A DNA stretch of 64,000 bases from an uncultured Gemmatimonadaceae bacterium (lineage in GTDB: Bacteria > Gemmatimonadota > Gemmatimonadetes > Gemmatimonadales > Gemmatimonadaceae), in NCBI GenBank assembly GCA_963716745.1, contig OY970320.1, positions 1,536,001 to 1,600,000 of the forward strand, in the 5' to 3' direction. A program made the position numbers and the translations under genes. Position 1 is the stretch's first letter. Every line of letters begins with the position of its first letter. Shown here in pieces: positions 22,191 to 33,838 of this stretch. The notes beneath the pieces are model-generated. The model was not told the origin of the DNA. It saw only the letters and a program-made list of their open reading frames with translations, and searched no databases.

Positions 22191-23306
22191 ATGGCCTCGT
22201 CAGCATTTCCCTCACGCGTGGCCGTCGTGCTCGGCGGCGGCGGACTCAAGGGATTCTCGCATATCGGCGTGCTGCGCGCGCTCAAGCAGCGCGGCATCCG
22301 GCCGTCACTCTACGCGGGCACCAGCATCGGCGCGCTCATCGCCGCCGCGCGCGCCGCCGGCATCAGCCTCGACGAGATGGAAGCGCGCGCGCGCGCGCTG
22401 CAGAAGACGGATCTCTTCCGGATCAATCATCTCGCGATGCTGCTCGAGCGCATGAAGAGCCCATCGCTCTATCACGAAGAGCCGCTGCGCGAACTCTGCC
22501 GGCTCAACGCGCCGGCCGGCACCTTCGAAGACCTCAAAGTGCCGCTCCTCGTGAACACGGTGGACGTCGAGCGCGGCACGCGCGTGGTCTGGGGGCTGCC
22601 CGGACTCCGCAATGTGTCGGTCGCGGATGCCATCTACGCGTCGTGCGCACTACCCGGTTTCTTCCCGCCCGGCATCATCGGTGGCCGCCCGTGCATCGAC
22701 GGCGGCACGGTGGACAACCTTCCTGCCGCCATCGCCGGACTCGGCGCCGAGATGGTGATCGCCGTGGACGTCGGGACGACGAGCCTCGGCCTCGCGCGGC
22801 TCATCCGCCGCCAGGGATTCGCCGCGATCTACATGCGCGCCGCGTCGATCATGATGCACGCGCTGCAGTTGCAGCCGCTGGCCGAGTGGTCGGGGCCGCC
22901 GATGCTGCTCATCCGGCCGGACGTCGCGCATCGCGACATGTTCAGCTTCGTGCACACCGAGGAGCTGATCGAGGCGGGGTACAGCGCCACGATCGCGGCG
23001 CTCGACCAGGTGGCCGACCAGGAGCTGAAGCACGGCGTGATCTATCCGCGCCGCCGCGTGAACGTGCTCGTGGACCGCGAGAAATGCACCGGCTGCGGGA
23101 TCTGCGTGTCGCTCGCGCCCGACCGGATCGTGCTCGACATGGAGAACAAGGCCGTGATCGCGAACCCGGTGATGGAATGGAGCCCGGCGGACGGTGACTT
23201 CGTGCAGCAATGTCCGTTCGAGGCGATATCCGTGCACTCGCTGGACGGCACGCGGCGGACGACGAAGCCGATCACGCAGCCGATGGCGGTGGCAGCGGAG
23301 GACTAG
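22191..23306 (+). CDS. Patatin-like phospholipase fused to a C-terminal [4Fe-4S] ferredoxin-like domain
   Basis: GGGGLKG, GTSIG, DGG; C-terminal CTGCGIC...CP. Confidence 0.88.
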   Translation: MASSAFPSRVAVVLGGGGLKGFSHIGVLRALKQRGIRPSLYAGTSIGALIAAARAAGISLDEMEARARALQKTDLFRINHLAMLLERMKSPSLYHEEPLRELCRLNAPAGTFEDLKVPLLVNTVDVERGTRVVWGLPGLRNVSVADAIYASCALPGFFPPGIIGGRPCIDGGTVDNLPAAIAGLGAEMVIAVDVGTTSLGLARLIRRQGFAAIYMRAASIMMHALQLQPLAEWSGPPMLLIRPDVAHRDMFSFVHTEELIEAGYSATIAALDQVADQELKHGVIYPRRRVNVLVDREKCTGCGICVSLAPDRIVLDMENKAVIANPVMEWSPADGDFVQQCPFEAISVHSLDGTRRTTKPITQPMAVAAED

Positions 23307-23436
23307 AACTGCGCGTTGGAACCGCTGACGGCGGGACTGGTACCGCTAGGGGCGGGATTGGCGTTGGATGAAGCCGTTGTGGTATCCAACGCCAATCCCG
23401 CCGTCAGCGGTGCCAGTTCCGCCGTCAGCGGTTCCA
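23307..23436. repeat. Family B long hairpin element, copy 1 (21-nt internal unit)
   Basis: 53-nt arms (23317-23369 / 23384-23436), about 5 mismatches; unit TGGNACCGCTGACGGCGGGAY; AACTGC immediately after the TAG. Confidence 0.9.
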
Positions 23437-23475
23437 GTCCCTAATTAGCTTTCAGTCATACCCACCGGACATGAC

Positions 23476-26145
<2,670 letters not shown>

Positions 26146-26151
26146 AGTCTT

Positions 26152-26267
26152 AACTGCAAGCCGGGAACCGATTGCCGGGAACCGATGAGGAACAAAAAAT
26201 GATTCCCTTACGACAGGGAATAGGTGGTCATGCCTCACCGGTTCCCGGCAACCGGTTCCCGGTAGTT
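26152..26267. repeat. Family C hairpin element, copy 1 (14-nt unit CCGGGAACCGRTTR)
   Basis: 30-nt arms (26161-26190 / 26233-26262), 2 mismatches; bounded by AACTGC and GTAGTT; lies between convergent genes. Confidence 0.9.
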
Positions 26268-27025
26268 CAGCTCTTGGACTTCCCGTTCCTCGCGCGTAGC
26301 TCCGCCGCGATTACCCAGCTGCGCCACACGGCCGTTCCCACGCTCGCGGCGCCGATCACGGTCACGGCGGCGATGAGGACCGACGACTCCGGCCAGCCGA
26401 AGTACTCGCACACCGGGTTGTCCAGCATCGACGCGATCGCGAGCAGCACGAGGCGCTCCGCGCGCTGCATCACGCCGCCCTTGCAATCCACGCCCACGGC
26501 CGCGCCCTTCGCGCGCGAGTAGCTCACCATCATCGCGCCGCCGAGCGCCACGACGGTGCTCAGCATCGCCCAGCGGGAGGGCTCGAAGTAGAGCGCGAGT
26601 CCCATGAACACGAACATCTCCGAGAACCGGTCGATGATCGAGTCGAGGAATTCGCCGTAATCGCTCCCCACGCCACGGGCGCGCGCGACGCGGCCGTCGA
26701 GCACGTCGGCGAGTCCGCCGAGCAGCACGAAGGTGCCGCCGAGCGCGATCGCGCCCTGCGAATACGCAACGCCGGCGGCGAGGCCCAGCGCGCCGCCGCC
26801 GAAGTTCAGCAGGTCGGGCGACACGTTCACGCGCACGAGCGCGCGTTCGACCGGGGTGATCACCCACATCAGCCAGTCGCGCACCCGAATGCCCAGCAGG
26901 AGAGTCGAGGGACGCCTCGCCACGTCGGCGTCCACCGGACGTCCGCGCGCGACGACGGCGTACACCGGCATCGTGAGCAGGAAGGCGAACGCGAGAGAAA
27001 CGGCAATGTAGGTGCTCGGCGTCAT
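26267..27025 (-). CDS. CDP-alcohol phosphotransferase (PIS/IPC-synthase-like)
   Basis: SPDLL, DVLDGRVAR, GEFLDSIIDRFSE, SYSRAK, G.MQRAER. Confidence 0.9.
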   Translation of the reverse strand: MTPSTYIAVSLAFAFLLTMPVYAVVARGRPVDADVARRPSTLLLGIRVRDWLMWVITPVERALVRVNVSPDLLNFGGGALGLAAGVAYSQGAIALGGTFVLLGGLADVLDGRVARARGVGSDYGEFLDSIIDRFSEMFVFMGLALYFEPSRWAMLSTVVALGGAMMVSYSRAKGAAVGVDCKGGVMQRAERLVLLAIASMLDNPVCEYFGWPESSVLIAAVTVIGAASVGTAVWRSWVIAAELRARNGKSKS

Positions 27026-28029
27026 GTAGAGCGACGGCGTTGAGGTCTCGTGCGAAGATAGCGGAATACGCGCGGCCAGAGGAATATGAGCGGCCAGCGA
27101 CGCTCGCGCAATGTGAGTTGCACCATGGTTCCGGACCGGCGCTCTACCTTCTGGACGACGTACTCGAGCCAGTCGTCATAGAGCAGTACGTACTTCACCC
27201 AGCGGAGCGTTGCCCGGCGCTTGCTGCGCGCGAAATAGCGGACCCATGCGCGCCGTTCGCGCGCTGGAACGGGCGTCAAAAGACGGTAGACTTTTCCCTC
27301 TTTTTTGATTATCTTTAAATGCTCAAGCCGTTGCAGCAGTTCGCGATAGACCGGCGCCAGCGACTCCCGTTGTGCGCCGGTCAGCGTTTCGATCCGGTCG
27401 GCGGTCTCGGGCCGGATCTCGGCGGCGAACGAACGCGCGAGCGACGCACGAATGTAGTCGGCGCTGTCGAAGGCGGCGGGCAGGAAGGAGAGGCTCCAAT
27501 CGCTCGTGCGCGCACGGGCGGCGGCCAGCGAAGCGATCACGGCGTCCCGGTCTTCGGGCGCGGCGGTCCATGCGAGCTGGACGTGCTGGAAGAGGCGCCC
27601 CTGCGCGAAGTGGTCCTGCGCGCCCGCCGAAGTGGCGAGGGCGAGGGCCTCCCGGGAGAGCACGGCGCACTTGGCGAGAGCCGGCGGCGTGAGTTCCGGG
27701 AAGGCAATGGCGATGACGTTGGGCGCGAGCACGCGATTGAGGCGTGCGGCGCTGGAAGGTTTGAGTTTGGTGCCGCGCGAGGCGGCGAGCGCGGTGTACG
27801 CCGCATCGTAGTCTCGCACGATGATGAAGAAGTCGAACGCGCTTTCCGCTTTCGCGCCGGATCGTTGGGCGTGCGAGCCGTAGTGGATGATGGCCGAACA
27901 GGCGGTGCCGAACGACTCGGCGAGCGCTCGCGCGATGCGCGCGGCGGCGGGGTCGGGCGGTTCGAAGATGTCGGATGTGAACGCGGCGGTCGCGCCGGGC
28001 TCGGCGAGCATGGTGTCGGCGAGCGTCAC
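27022..28029 (-). CDS. Pol-beta-type nucleotidyltransferase, Tam41/Mmp37-like (putative lipid cytidylyltransferase)
   Basis: IIHYGS...FDFFIIVRDY, LAPNV, later GRLFQ, and SFAAEIRPE resemble Tam41 motifs; coupled to the neighbouring lipid genes. Confidence 0.6.
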   Translation of the reverse strand: MTLADTMLAEPGATAAFTSDIFEPPDPAAARIARALAESFGTACSAIIHYGSHAQRSGAKAESAFDFFIIVRDYDAAYTALAASRGTKLKPSSAARLNRVLAPNVIAIAFPELTPPALAKCAVLSREALALATSAGAQDHFAQGRLFQHVQLAWTAAPEDRDAVIASLAAARARTSDWSLSFLPAAFDSADYIRASLARSFAAEIRPETADRIETLTGAQRESLAPVYRELLQRLEHLKIIKKEGKVYRLLTPVPARERRAWVRYFARSKRRATLRWVKYVLLYDDWLEYVVQKVERRSGTMVQLTLRERRWPLIFLWPRVFRYLRTRPQRRRST

Positions 28030-28856
28030 GCGGCAGCGCCGGAACGGATGCGCTCGAGCGTCGTCACCATGTTCGAGCGCAGCATGTCGAGGAATGCGTC
28101 GGCATCTTCGGGAGCGGGCGGTTGGAACGGGCCCGAGACGACGACGTGGATGTGGCAGTTGGCGATGGATTCGAGGGCATCGGTGAATGTTCGGGCCCCC
28201 CAGAGTCCGTCGGCAACTATGGTATATACTGGCTGTTGTGCGTGTGTCACGATGAGGCGGGGACCTTGCCGCATGAAGCGGCCGATCTGGCCGTCGCGTG
28301 TGCGATGACCCTCGGCGTAAATGAGCAGCGAGTTCCAGCCTTTCGCGACGCGTGAGGCGGCTTCACTCAGTGAATCGAGATCCTGCTGGATCGCCGATGG
28401 TTTCTGCGTGATGAAGGGGAAGCGCCCCATGCGCAACGTCGGCGAGATGAACGGGATCTTCCATTTGTAGCGGTCGCGGGTAGGAAAGAGCGGCGAGTGA
28501 TCGCCGAAGAGCACCACCGCGACGGGGATGTCGAAGATGGACTGGTGGTTCATGATCGCGACGACGGGCGCATCGGGGAGTTTCCCCTCGACCGTGATGC
28601 GAACGCCGGCCGCGTAGCGGGCGACGAAGAGCAGAGGCACGCATTGCAGGCGCAGCCAGCGCCCGTACCATCTGGCTCGGCGCTCGGGTGACGGAGCGAG
28701 CGTGAGCAGCGGCCAGACGATGAGACGCTGCACGATCGCACAGAGGCCGCAGAGGTAGGGCAGGAATATGATGAAGAAGAGCGAGCCGCGGACCGCGCGG
28801 ATCGCCCGCTCCAGGCGGCTCTTCGCCCGGGGTGATGCTATCGGTACTGAAGTCAT
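28026..28856 (-). CDS. PlsC/LPLAT-family acyltransferase
   Basis: NHQSIFD (HxxxxD) and YAEGHRT blocks; N-terminal TM. Confidence 0.9.
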   Translation of the reverse strand: MTSVPIASPRAKSRLERAIRAVRGSLFFIIFLPYLCGLCAIVQRLIVWPLLTLAPSPERRARWYGRWLRLQCVPLLFVARYAAGVRITVEGKLPDAPVVAIMNHQSIFDIPVAVVLFGDHSPLFPTRDRYKWKIPFISPTLRMGRFPFITQKPSAIQQDLDSLSEAASRVAKGWNSLLIYAEGHRTRDGQIGRFMRQGPRLIVTHAQQPVYTIVADGLWGARTFTDALESIANCHIHVVVSGPFQPPAPEDADAFLDMLRSNMVTTLERIRSGAAA

Positions 28857-28884
28857 GCCGCAGTGAATAATTGGAGGTCACATC

Positions 28885-30165
28885 ATGGCGATCCGCATGG
28901 AACCGCAAACGGCGATGAACCCGCTCGACTACGACTATAGCAGTTTCTTCTATTCGTCGAGCGACGATCCGTTCGCGATCCTCGAACCGTATAACGAATG
29001 GTACAACCGCGCCGTGCCGGAGGGCTACTACCTCTTCGGCCAGCCGATCTCGACGCCGCCCGGCGGGCACGTGATGCTCACCGAGATGCGCGACCAGAAG
29101 ACGCTGCAGCTGCTCAACCTCAGCTCGTACAACTACCTCGGCCTGTCGTCGCGCGCGGAAGTGATCGCGGCCGCGAAGGCCGCGCTCGACCAGTACGGCC
29201 TCGGCGCCGCCGGCTCGCCCATCCTCAGCGGCACGATGGATGTGCACATGCAGCTCGAGGAAGCGCTGGCCAAGTTCAAGCGGAAGGAAGCCGTCATGGT
29301 CTTCCCCACCGGTTACAGCACGAACATCGGATTGATCTCGGGCCTCATGCGCCCGGGCGATTGGGTGATCGCCGACCAGAACTCGCACGCGAGCATCGTG
29401 GACGGAGCCATCCTCTCGAAGGCGGACGTGCGCTTCTTTAGGCACAACAATCCGGTGGACCTCGAGAAGAAGCTGCAGAAGGTGAAGGGAAAGAAGGTGC
29501 TCGTCGCCATCGAAGGCGTGTACTCAATGGACGGCGATGTCTGTCCGCTCCCCGAGCTCGTGGCCGTCGCCAAGAAGTACGGCGCGCGCATCCTGCTCGA
29601 CGAAGCGCACTCCGCGTTCGTGTACGGTGAGAACGGCCGCGGTGTGGCCGAGCAGTACGGGCTGGAGGACGAGGTCGACATGCACGTCGGCACGTTCTCG
29701 AAGGCGCTCGGCGGACAGGGCGGCTACGTCGCCGGTTCGAAGAATCTCTACAACTACCTGAAGGGCTTCGCGCGTTCGCGCGTGTTCTCCTGTGCGCTGT
29801 CGCCGGTGGTCGCGGCGGGCGTGCTCAAGAGTCTCGAGATCGCGCAGGCCGAGCCGCAGCTGAGAGCGCAGCTCTGGAAGAACGTGGCACATATCCGCGG
29901 CCGTCTCGAAGAGGCGGGCGTGGACATCGGCGACTCCACGTCGCAGGTGATCCCGATCATGGTGAAGAACGACCGCCGCGTGTTCGAGCTGGGGCACAAG
30001 CTCCTCCGCGCCGGCCTGTACCTGCAGCCGATCATCTATCCCGCAGTGGCAAAGCACCGGTCGCGGTTCCGGGTCTCCATCTCGGCCTCGCATACCACCG
30101 ACCAGCTCGACGAGGGCGTCGCGATCCTCGTCAAGGTTCTCCGCGAAGAGGGCATTCTCGTATGA
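28885..30165 (+). CDS. Alpha-oxoamine synthase family PLP enzyme, serine palmitoyltransferase-like
   Basis: SYNYLGL, GTMD.H..LE, SHASIVDG, FRHN, YSMDGD, DEAHS, GTFSK; sits among lipid-modifying genes. Confidence 0.85.
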   Translation: MAIRMEPQTAMNPLDYDYSSFFYSSSDDPFAILEPYNEWYNRAVPEGYYLFGQPISTPPGGHVMLTEMRDQKTLQLLNLSSYNYLGLSSRAEVIAAAKAALDQYGLGAAGSPILSGTMDVHMQLEEALAKFKRKEAVMVFPTGYSTNIGLISGLMRPGDWVIADQNSHASIVDGAILSKADVRFFRHNNPVDLEKKLQKVKGKKVLVAIEGVYSMDGDVCPLPELVAVAKKYGARILLDEAHSAFVYGENGRGVAEQYGLEDEVDMHVGTFSKALGGQGGYVAGSKNLYNYLKGFARSRVFSCALSPVVAAGVLKSLEIAQAEPQLRAQLWKNVAHIRGRLEEAGVDIGDSTSQVIPIMVKNDRRVFELGHKLLRAGLYLQPIIYPAVAKHRSRFRVSISASHTTDQLDEGVAILVKVLREEGILV

Positions 30166-30857
30166 GCACGAGCAAAGAGGGTTACGTCCAGTATCACTAC
30201 CGCAATGCCATCGGCGGTTTCTTCGAATTCCCCACGGAGAACGCGAGGGCCATCCTGCCGCCCGAGCTGCAGCCGATCGAGCCGCACCACGGCTCGAGCG
30301 TGCTCTCGGTCATGGCGTTCGACTTCACCAACAGCCCGGTGGGCGACTACGGCGAGCTGATCCTGTCGATCCTCGTCGCGCCGCGCATCGAGCCGGGGCA
30401 ACCAATGCCGCGGAGCGCGTTCTACCCGTTCCGCCTCGGCACCACGACGCGTGAGTCGCGCGAGCACGCCATCGAGCGCTGGCACCTGCCGCACTACATG
30501 CAGGACATCGGCATCCGCTGGGTGCGCGGCAATGGGCACATCACCATCCATGCTACGGATCGCGGCCAGCCGATCGTCGACATGACGATCACCGAGCATG
30601 AGTGGTCGAACGTGGAGCATCGCTATCAGGCGTTCATGAACGACGAGGAGGGCGCGTACACCTCCACGATCATCATGGCGAGCCAGTTCAGCGAGAACGA
30701 GGAGGAGCGTGGCGGCATCACGATCCACTCGCAGGCGATGACCGACCTGCTCGCCGACTGGGATGTGGACTTCAAGCCGTTCCGTGAGCTCTGGATGAAG
30801 AACGGCCTGCAGACCTTCCACCCGCTCCAGACGCTGGCGAGTTACGCGAAGCGATGA
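30162..30857 (+). CDS. Acetoacetate decarboxylase-like fold protein lacking the Schiff-base Lys
   Basis: A.AILPPEL.P, VGDYGEL, and ERWHLPHY where ADC has E.WGxPK; ATGA-coupled on both sides. Confidence 0.65.
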   Translation: MSTSKEGYVQYHYRNAIGGFFEFPTENARAILPPELQPIEPHHGSSVLSVMAFDFTNSPVGDYGELILSILVAPRIEPGQPMPRSAFYPFRLGTTTRESREHAIERWHLPHYMQDIGIRWVRGNGHITIHATDRGQPIVDMTITEHEWSNVEHRYQAFMNDEEGAYTSTIIMASQFSENEEERGGITIHSQAMTDLLADWDVDFKPFRELWMKNGLQTFHPLQTLASYAKR

Positions 30858-31750
30858 GCGGCCGCGTCGCCGTCATCGTCAACCCCGCCTCCGGTAGGGG
30901 GCGGGGGGCGAGGACGGCGGAGCGGATCCACCGCGCATTCGCGGATGTGGGCGTCACCGACATCCGGTTCACCACGGCGCCTGGGCAGGAGCGAGAGCTC
31001 GCGGCCCAGGCGCTTCGCGATGGGGCCACGACCATCGTGGCCTGCGGCGGCGACGGCACGTGGAGCAATGCGGCGAACGCCATCGTGGCGGCGAAGAGCT
31101 CGTGCCGCCTCGCGATCGTGGCGGCCGGCACCGGCAACGATTTCGCGAAATCGCTCAAGATACCGGCCACCGACATCGAGCAGATGGCGCGACTCGCGGT
31201 GGATGGTCCCGACACGCCGATCGACGTGGGCCGCATCGAGGACCGCTACTTCCTGAACATCACGGGCTTCGGATTCGACATCGCCGTGCTCGAGGACATC
31301 GAGAGCATCTGGTGGCTGCGCGGCTACCTGCTCTACAAGTACTCCGCACTCAAGCAGCTGCTCAGCTACAAGGGGCTGATGGTGGACATCGCGAGTCCCG
31401 CCAAGCCGCGCGGCATGAAGCAGCATCTCATGGTGATCGTGGCGAACGCGCGGTATTTCGGCGGAACCTTCGTGATCGCGCCGAACGCCGATCTCGCCGA
31501 CGGGAAGCTCGATCTCATCGCCATCCACGACGCGTCGCCGATCCAGCGCGCCAACTTGTTCGGCGCCGTGGGCAAGGGCACGCACATGACGCACCCCAGC
31601 GTGGATGCGGAACAGTCGTCATCGTTCACGATGCGTTTCGCCGAACCGCCGGCGTACGAGACCGACGGCGAGTACAACCGCGCGAAGAGCGCCGTGCTCG
31701 AGATCACGACCGTGCCCCGCGCGCTGCGGCTCGTGGTGCCGGCGAAATGA
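30854..31750 (+). CDS. Diacylglycerol/sphingosine kinase family lipid kinase (YegS/DgkB-like)
   Basis: IVNPASG, GGDGT, GTGNDFA, GFD, YFGG, DGKLD, DGE. Confidence 0.92.
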   Translation: MSGRVAVIVNPASGRGRGARTAERIHRAFADVGVTDIRFTTAPGQERELAAQALRDGATTIVACGGDGTWSNAANAIVAAKSSCRLAIVAAGTGNDFAKSLKIPATDIEQMARLAVDGPDTPIDVGRIEDRYFLNITGFGFDIAVLEDIESIWWLRGYLLYKYSALKQLLSYKGLMVDIASPAKPRGMKQHLMVIVANARYFGGTFVIAPNADLADGKLDLIAIHDASPIQRANLFGAVGKGTHMTHPSVDAEQSSSFTMRFAEPPAYETDGEYNRAKSAVLEITTVPRALRLVVPAK

Positions 31751-32964
31751 AGGCGATCTCCTTCGCGGCGCCGATCCCGACGTACCTCGCGACGCTCGCC
31801 GCCGGCAAGATCTCCGACCGGTTCTATGTGGGCCCGTACGCCTGCACCACCTATGGCGACCGCGAAGCGCCCGCGCTGCCAAGCGACCGCTGGGTGCGGC
31901 TCCGTACGCGCATGGGCGGCATCTGCGGCAGCGACATCAACGTCGTCACGCTCGGCGCGAGTCCATCCAATTCGCCCTTCTCGAGCTTCCCCTTCGTGCT
32001 CGGGCACGAGTTGGTGGGCGAGGTGATCGAGTGCGGTGCGGCGGTGAGCAGCGTGCGCGCGGGCGATCGTGTGGCGGCGAATCCGCTGCTCTGCTGCGAA
32101 GCGCGCGGGATCGCGCCGGTATGCGCCGCGTGCGCGGACGGGCAGCATGGGCGCTGCGTGAACTTCACGACCGGGCCGCTGCCGGCGGGCGTGCTCATCG
32201 GGACCACACGCGGGCTCGGCGGCGGCTGGGGCGAGCAGTTCGTGGCGCACGAGTCGCAGCTGCTCAAGCTCTCGCTGGACATGAAGGACGAGGACGCCGT
32301 GCTCATCGAGCCGTTCGCGTGCTCGGTGCGGGCCGTGCGCTCCAATCTGCCGGCGCCGGGCGCGCGAGTGCTGGTGATCGGCGCCGGCTCGATCGGACTG
32401 CTCACCACCGCGGCCGTTCGCGCGCTCGCGCCGGCGGCGCGCGTGACCGTGCTCGCGCGTTACGATTTCCAGGCGGAGCACGCGACACGATTCGGCGCCG
32501 CGAACGTGATCAAGGCGCGCGGGAATTATCTCAAGGCCCTCGCCGACGTCGCGGGCACGAAGCTGCTGCAGCCGATCCTCGGCAAACCGATCGGCATCGG
32601 CGGCTTCGACATCACATTCGTGTGCGTGAGCGGCGCGCGCGGCATGGACGACGCAATGCGCTTCACGACCGCGGGCGGCACGATCGTACTGCTCGGCAAC
32701 TCGAGCACCATGCGGGGACTCGATTGGACGCCGCTGTGGGTGAAGGAACTCTCCGTGCGCGGATCCGTGTTCCACGGAGGGCACGCGCACGCCGCGTCCG
32801 ATCGCGACGATTTCCATGAGGCCGCGACGTTGATTTCTTCGGGCAAGGCCAATGTGCGCCCGTTGCTGACGCACACGTTCCCGCTCGCCGAGTACCGCGC
32901 CGCTCTCGCCGCCGCCATCGACAAGCGAGGAGAAGGCAGCGTGAAGGTGGCGTTCAAGTACTGA
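31747..32964 (+). CDS. Zinc-dependent MDR dehydrogenase (threonine dehydrogenase-like)
   Basis: GICGSD, LGHE, structural Zn cysteines CC...CAAC...C, EP..C, GAGSIG. Confidence 0.9.
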   Translation: MKAISFAAPIPTYLATLAAGKISDRFYVGPYACTTYGDREAPALPSDRWVRLRTRMGGICGSDINVVTLGASPSNSPFSSFPFVLGHELVGEVIECGAAVSSVRAGDRVAANPLLCCEARGIAPVCAACADGQHGRCVNFTTGPLPAGVLIGTTRGLGGGWGEQFVAHESQLLKLSLDMKDEDAVLIEPFACSVRAVRSNLPAPGARVLVIGAGSIGLLTTAAVRALAPAARVTVLARYDFQAEHATRFGAANVIKARGNYLKALADVAGTKLLQPILGKPIGIGGFDITFVCVSGARGMDDAMRFTTAGGTIVLLGNSSTMRGLDWTPLWVKELSVRGSVFHGGHAHAASDRDDFHEAATLISSGKANVRPLLTHTFPLAEYRAALAAAIDKRGEGSVKVAFKY

Positions 32965-32967
32965 TTC

Positions 32968-33060
32968 GCAGTTCCATCATGTGAATCATGTTAATCCTGT
33001 CAACGTAGTTTTTGAAAACTACTTTGACAGGATTAACATGATTCGCATGATTGGGACTGC
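32968..33060. repeat. Family A element, copy 4 (outward orientation)
   Basis: About 45-nt arms (32968-33012 / 33015-33060) containing ATCCTGTCAA and AACTACTTTGACAGGATTAACATGAT. Confidence 0.92.
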
Positions 33061-33118
33061 CCCGTTCCGCTCTGGAGTGCCGAGACCTACATTCAACTCG
33101 TTCCCCATCGGAGGCTCC

Positions 33119-33665
33119 ATGCAGAGATCCCGTCTCCTCGCGATAGTCGCCATCGCCGCGTGCGCCGCTCGTCGCCGCGGGCCAAGCGGTCGTCGCCGAC
33201 ACCGGCTCCGTCGCCCCCAATTTCTCGGCGCCAGGCGCGAACATGGCCGGGCTGATCCCGTCGGTGAGTCTCGCCGCGTACAAGGGCAAGACCGTCGTGC
33301 TCGCCTTCTTCTACAAGGCGCGGACCAAGGGCTGAACGATCCAAATGGAGGCGTACCGTGATCAGTACGCCACGCTCTTCAACAACGGCAAGAATGTCGT
33401 CGTCCTCGGCATCAGCGTCGATGCCGACACCACGCTGCAAAGCTGGGCGCACGACGCCAAGTTCCCGATGACGTTCGTCAGCGACACCGGCCACGTGATC
33501 GGCTCCGCGTACGGCGTGTACAGCGAGAAGAACGCGATGGACTCGCGCGTCGTTTTCGTGATCGCGCCGAATGGCAAGATCACCTACAAAGCGCCCTTCA
33601 ATGTGATGTCGGCCGACGCCTACACGACGCTCGGCAACGAGGTGAAGAAGGCGTCTGGACCATAG
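33119..33665 (+). CDS. AhpC/TSA (BCP-like) peroxiredoxin, probable selenoprotein (TGA 33333-33335 = Sec); probable 1-nt indel near 33170
   Basis: GGAGG RBS; G..APNF, SL..YKGKTVVLAFF.KARTKG[TGA]TIQM, VLGISVD, FVSD, R.VFVI..NG.I; SECIS-like hairpin follows. Confidence 0.82.
33350..33371 (+). promoter_or_regulatory. Putative bacterial SECIS element
   Basis: GGCGTAC-CGTGATCA-GTACGCC: perfect 7-bp stem starting 14 nt after the in-frame TGA. Confidence 0.6.
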
Positions 33666-33667
33666 TT

Positions 33668-33775
33668 CATCGTGCATCGCGCATCGTGCCTCGTGCATCG
33701 GCCATCGTGACCGCTTCGAGCGGTCGCGATGCCCGAATCCCCCGCCGAGGCACGATGCACGAGGCACGATGCGCG
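33668..33775. repeat. Family D heptamer (CATCGTG) hairpin element
   Basis: Tandem CATCGTG/CATCGCG/CCTCGTG units; perfect 23-bp arms (33678-33700 / 33753-33775); nested inner hairpin 33703-33731. Confidence 0.85.
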
Positions 33776-33838
33776 CCCTTTCCGCCGTGAGATATTTTTT
33801 CTCTCGCGAATCTCGAGTGGACGCGTAAGTTTCCGTTC

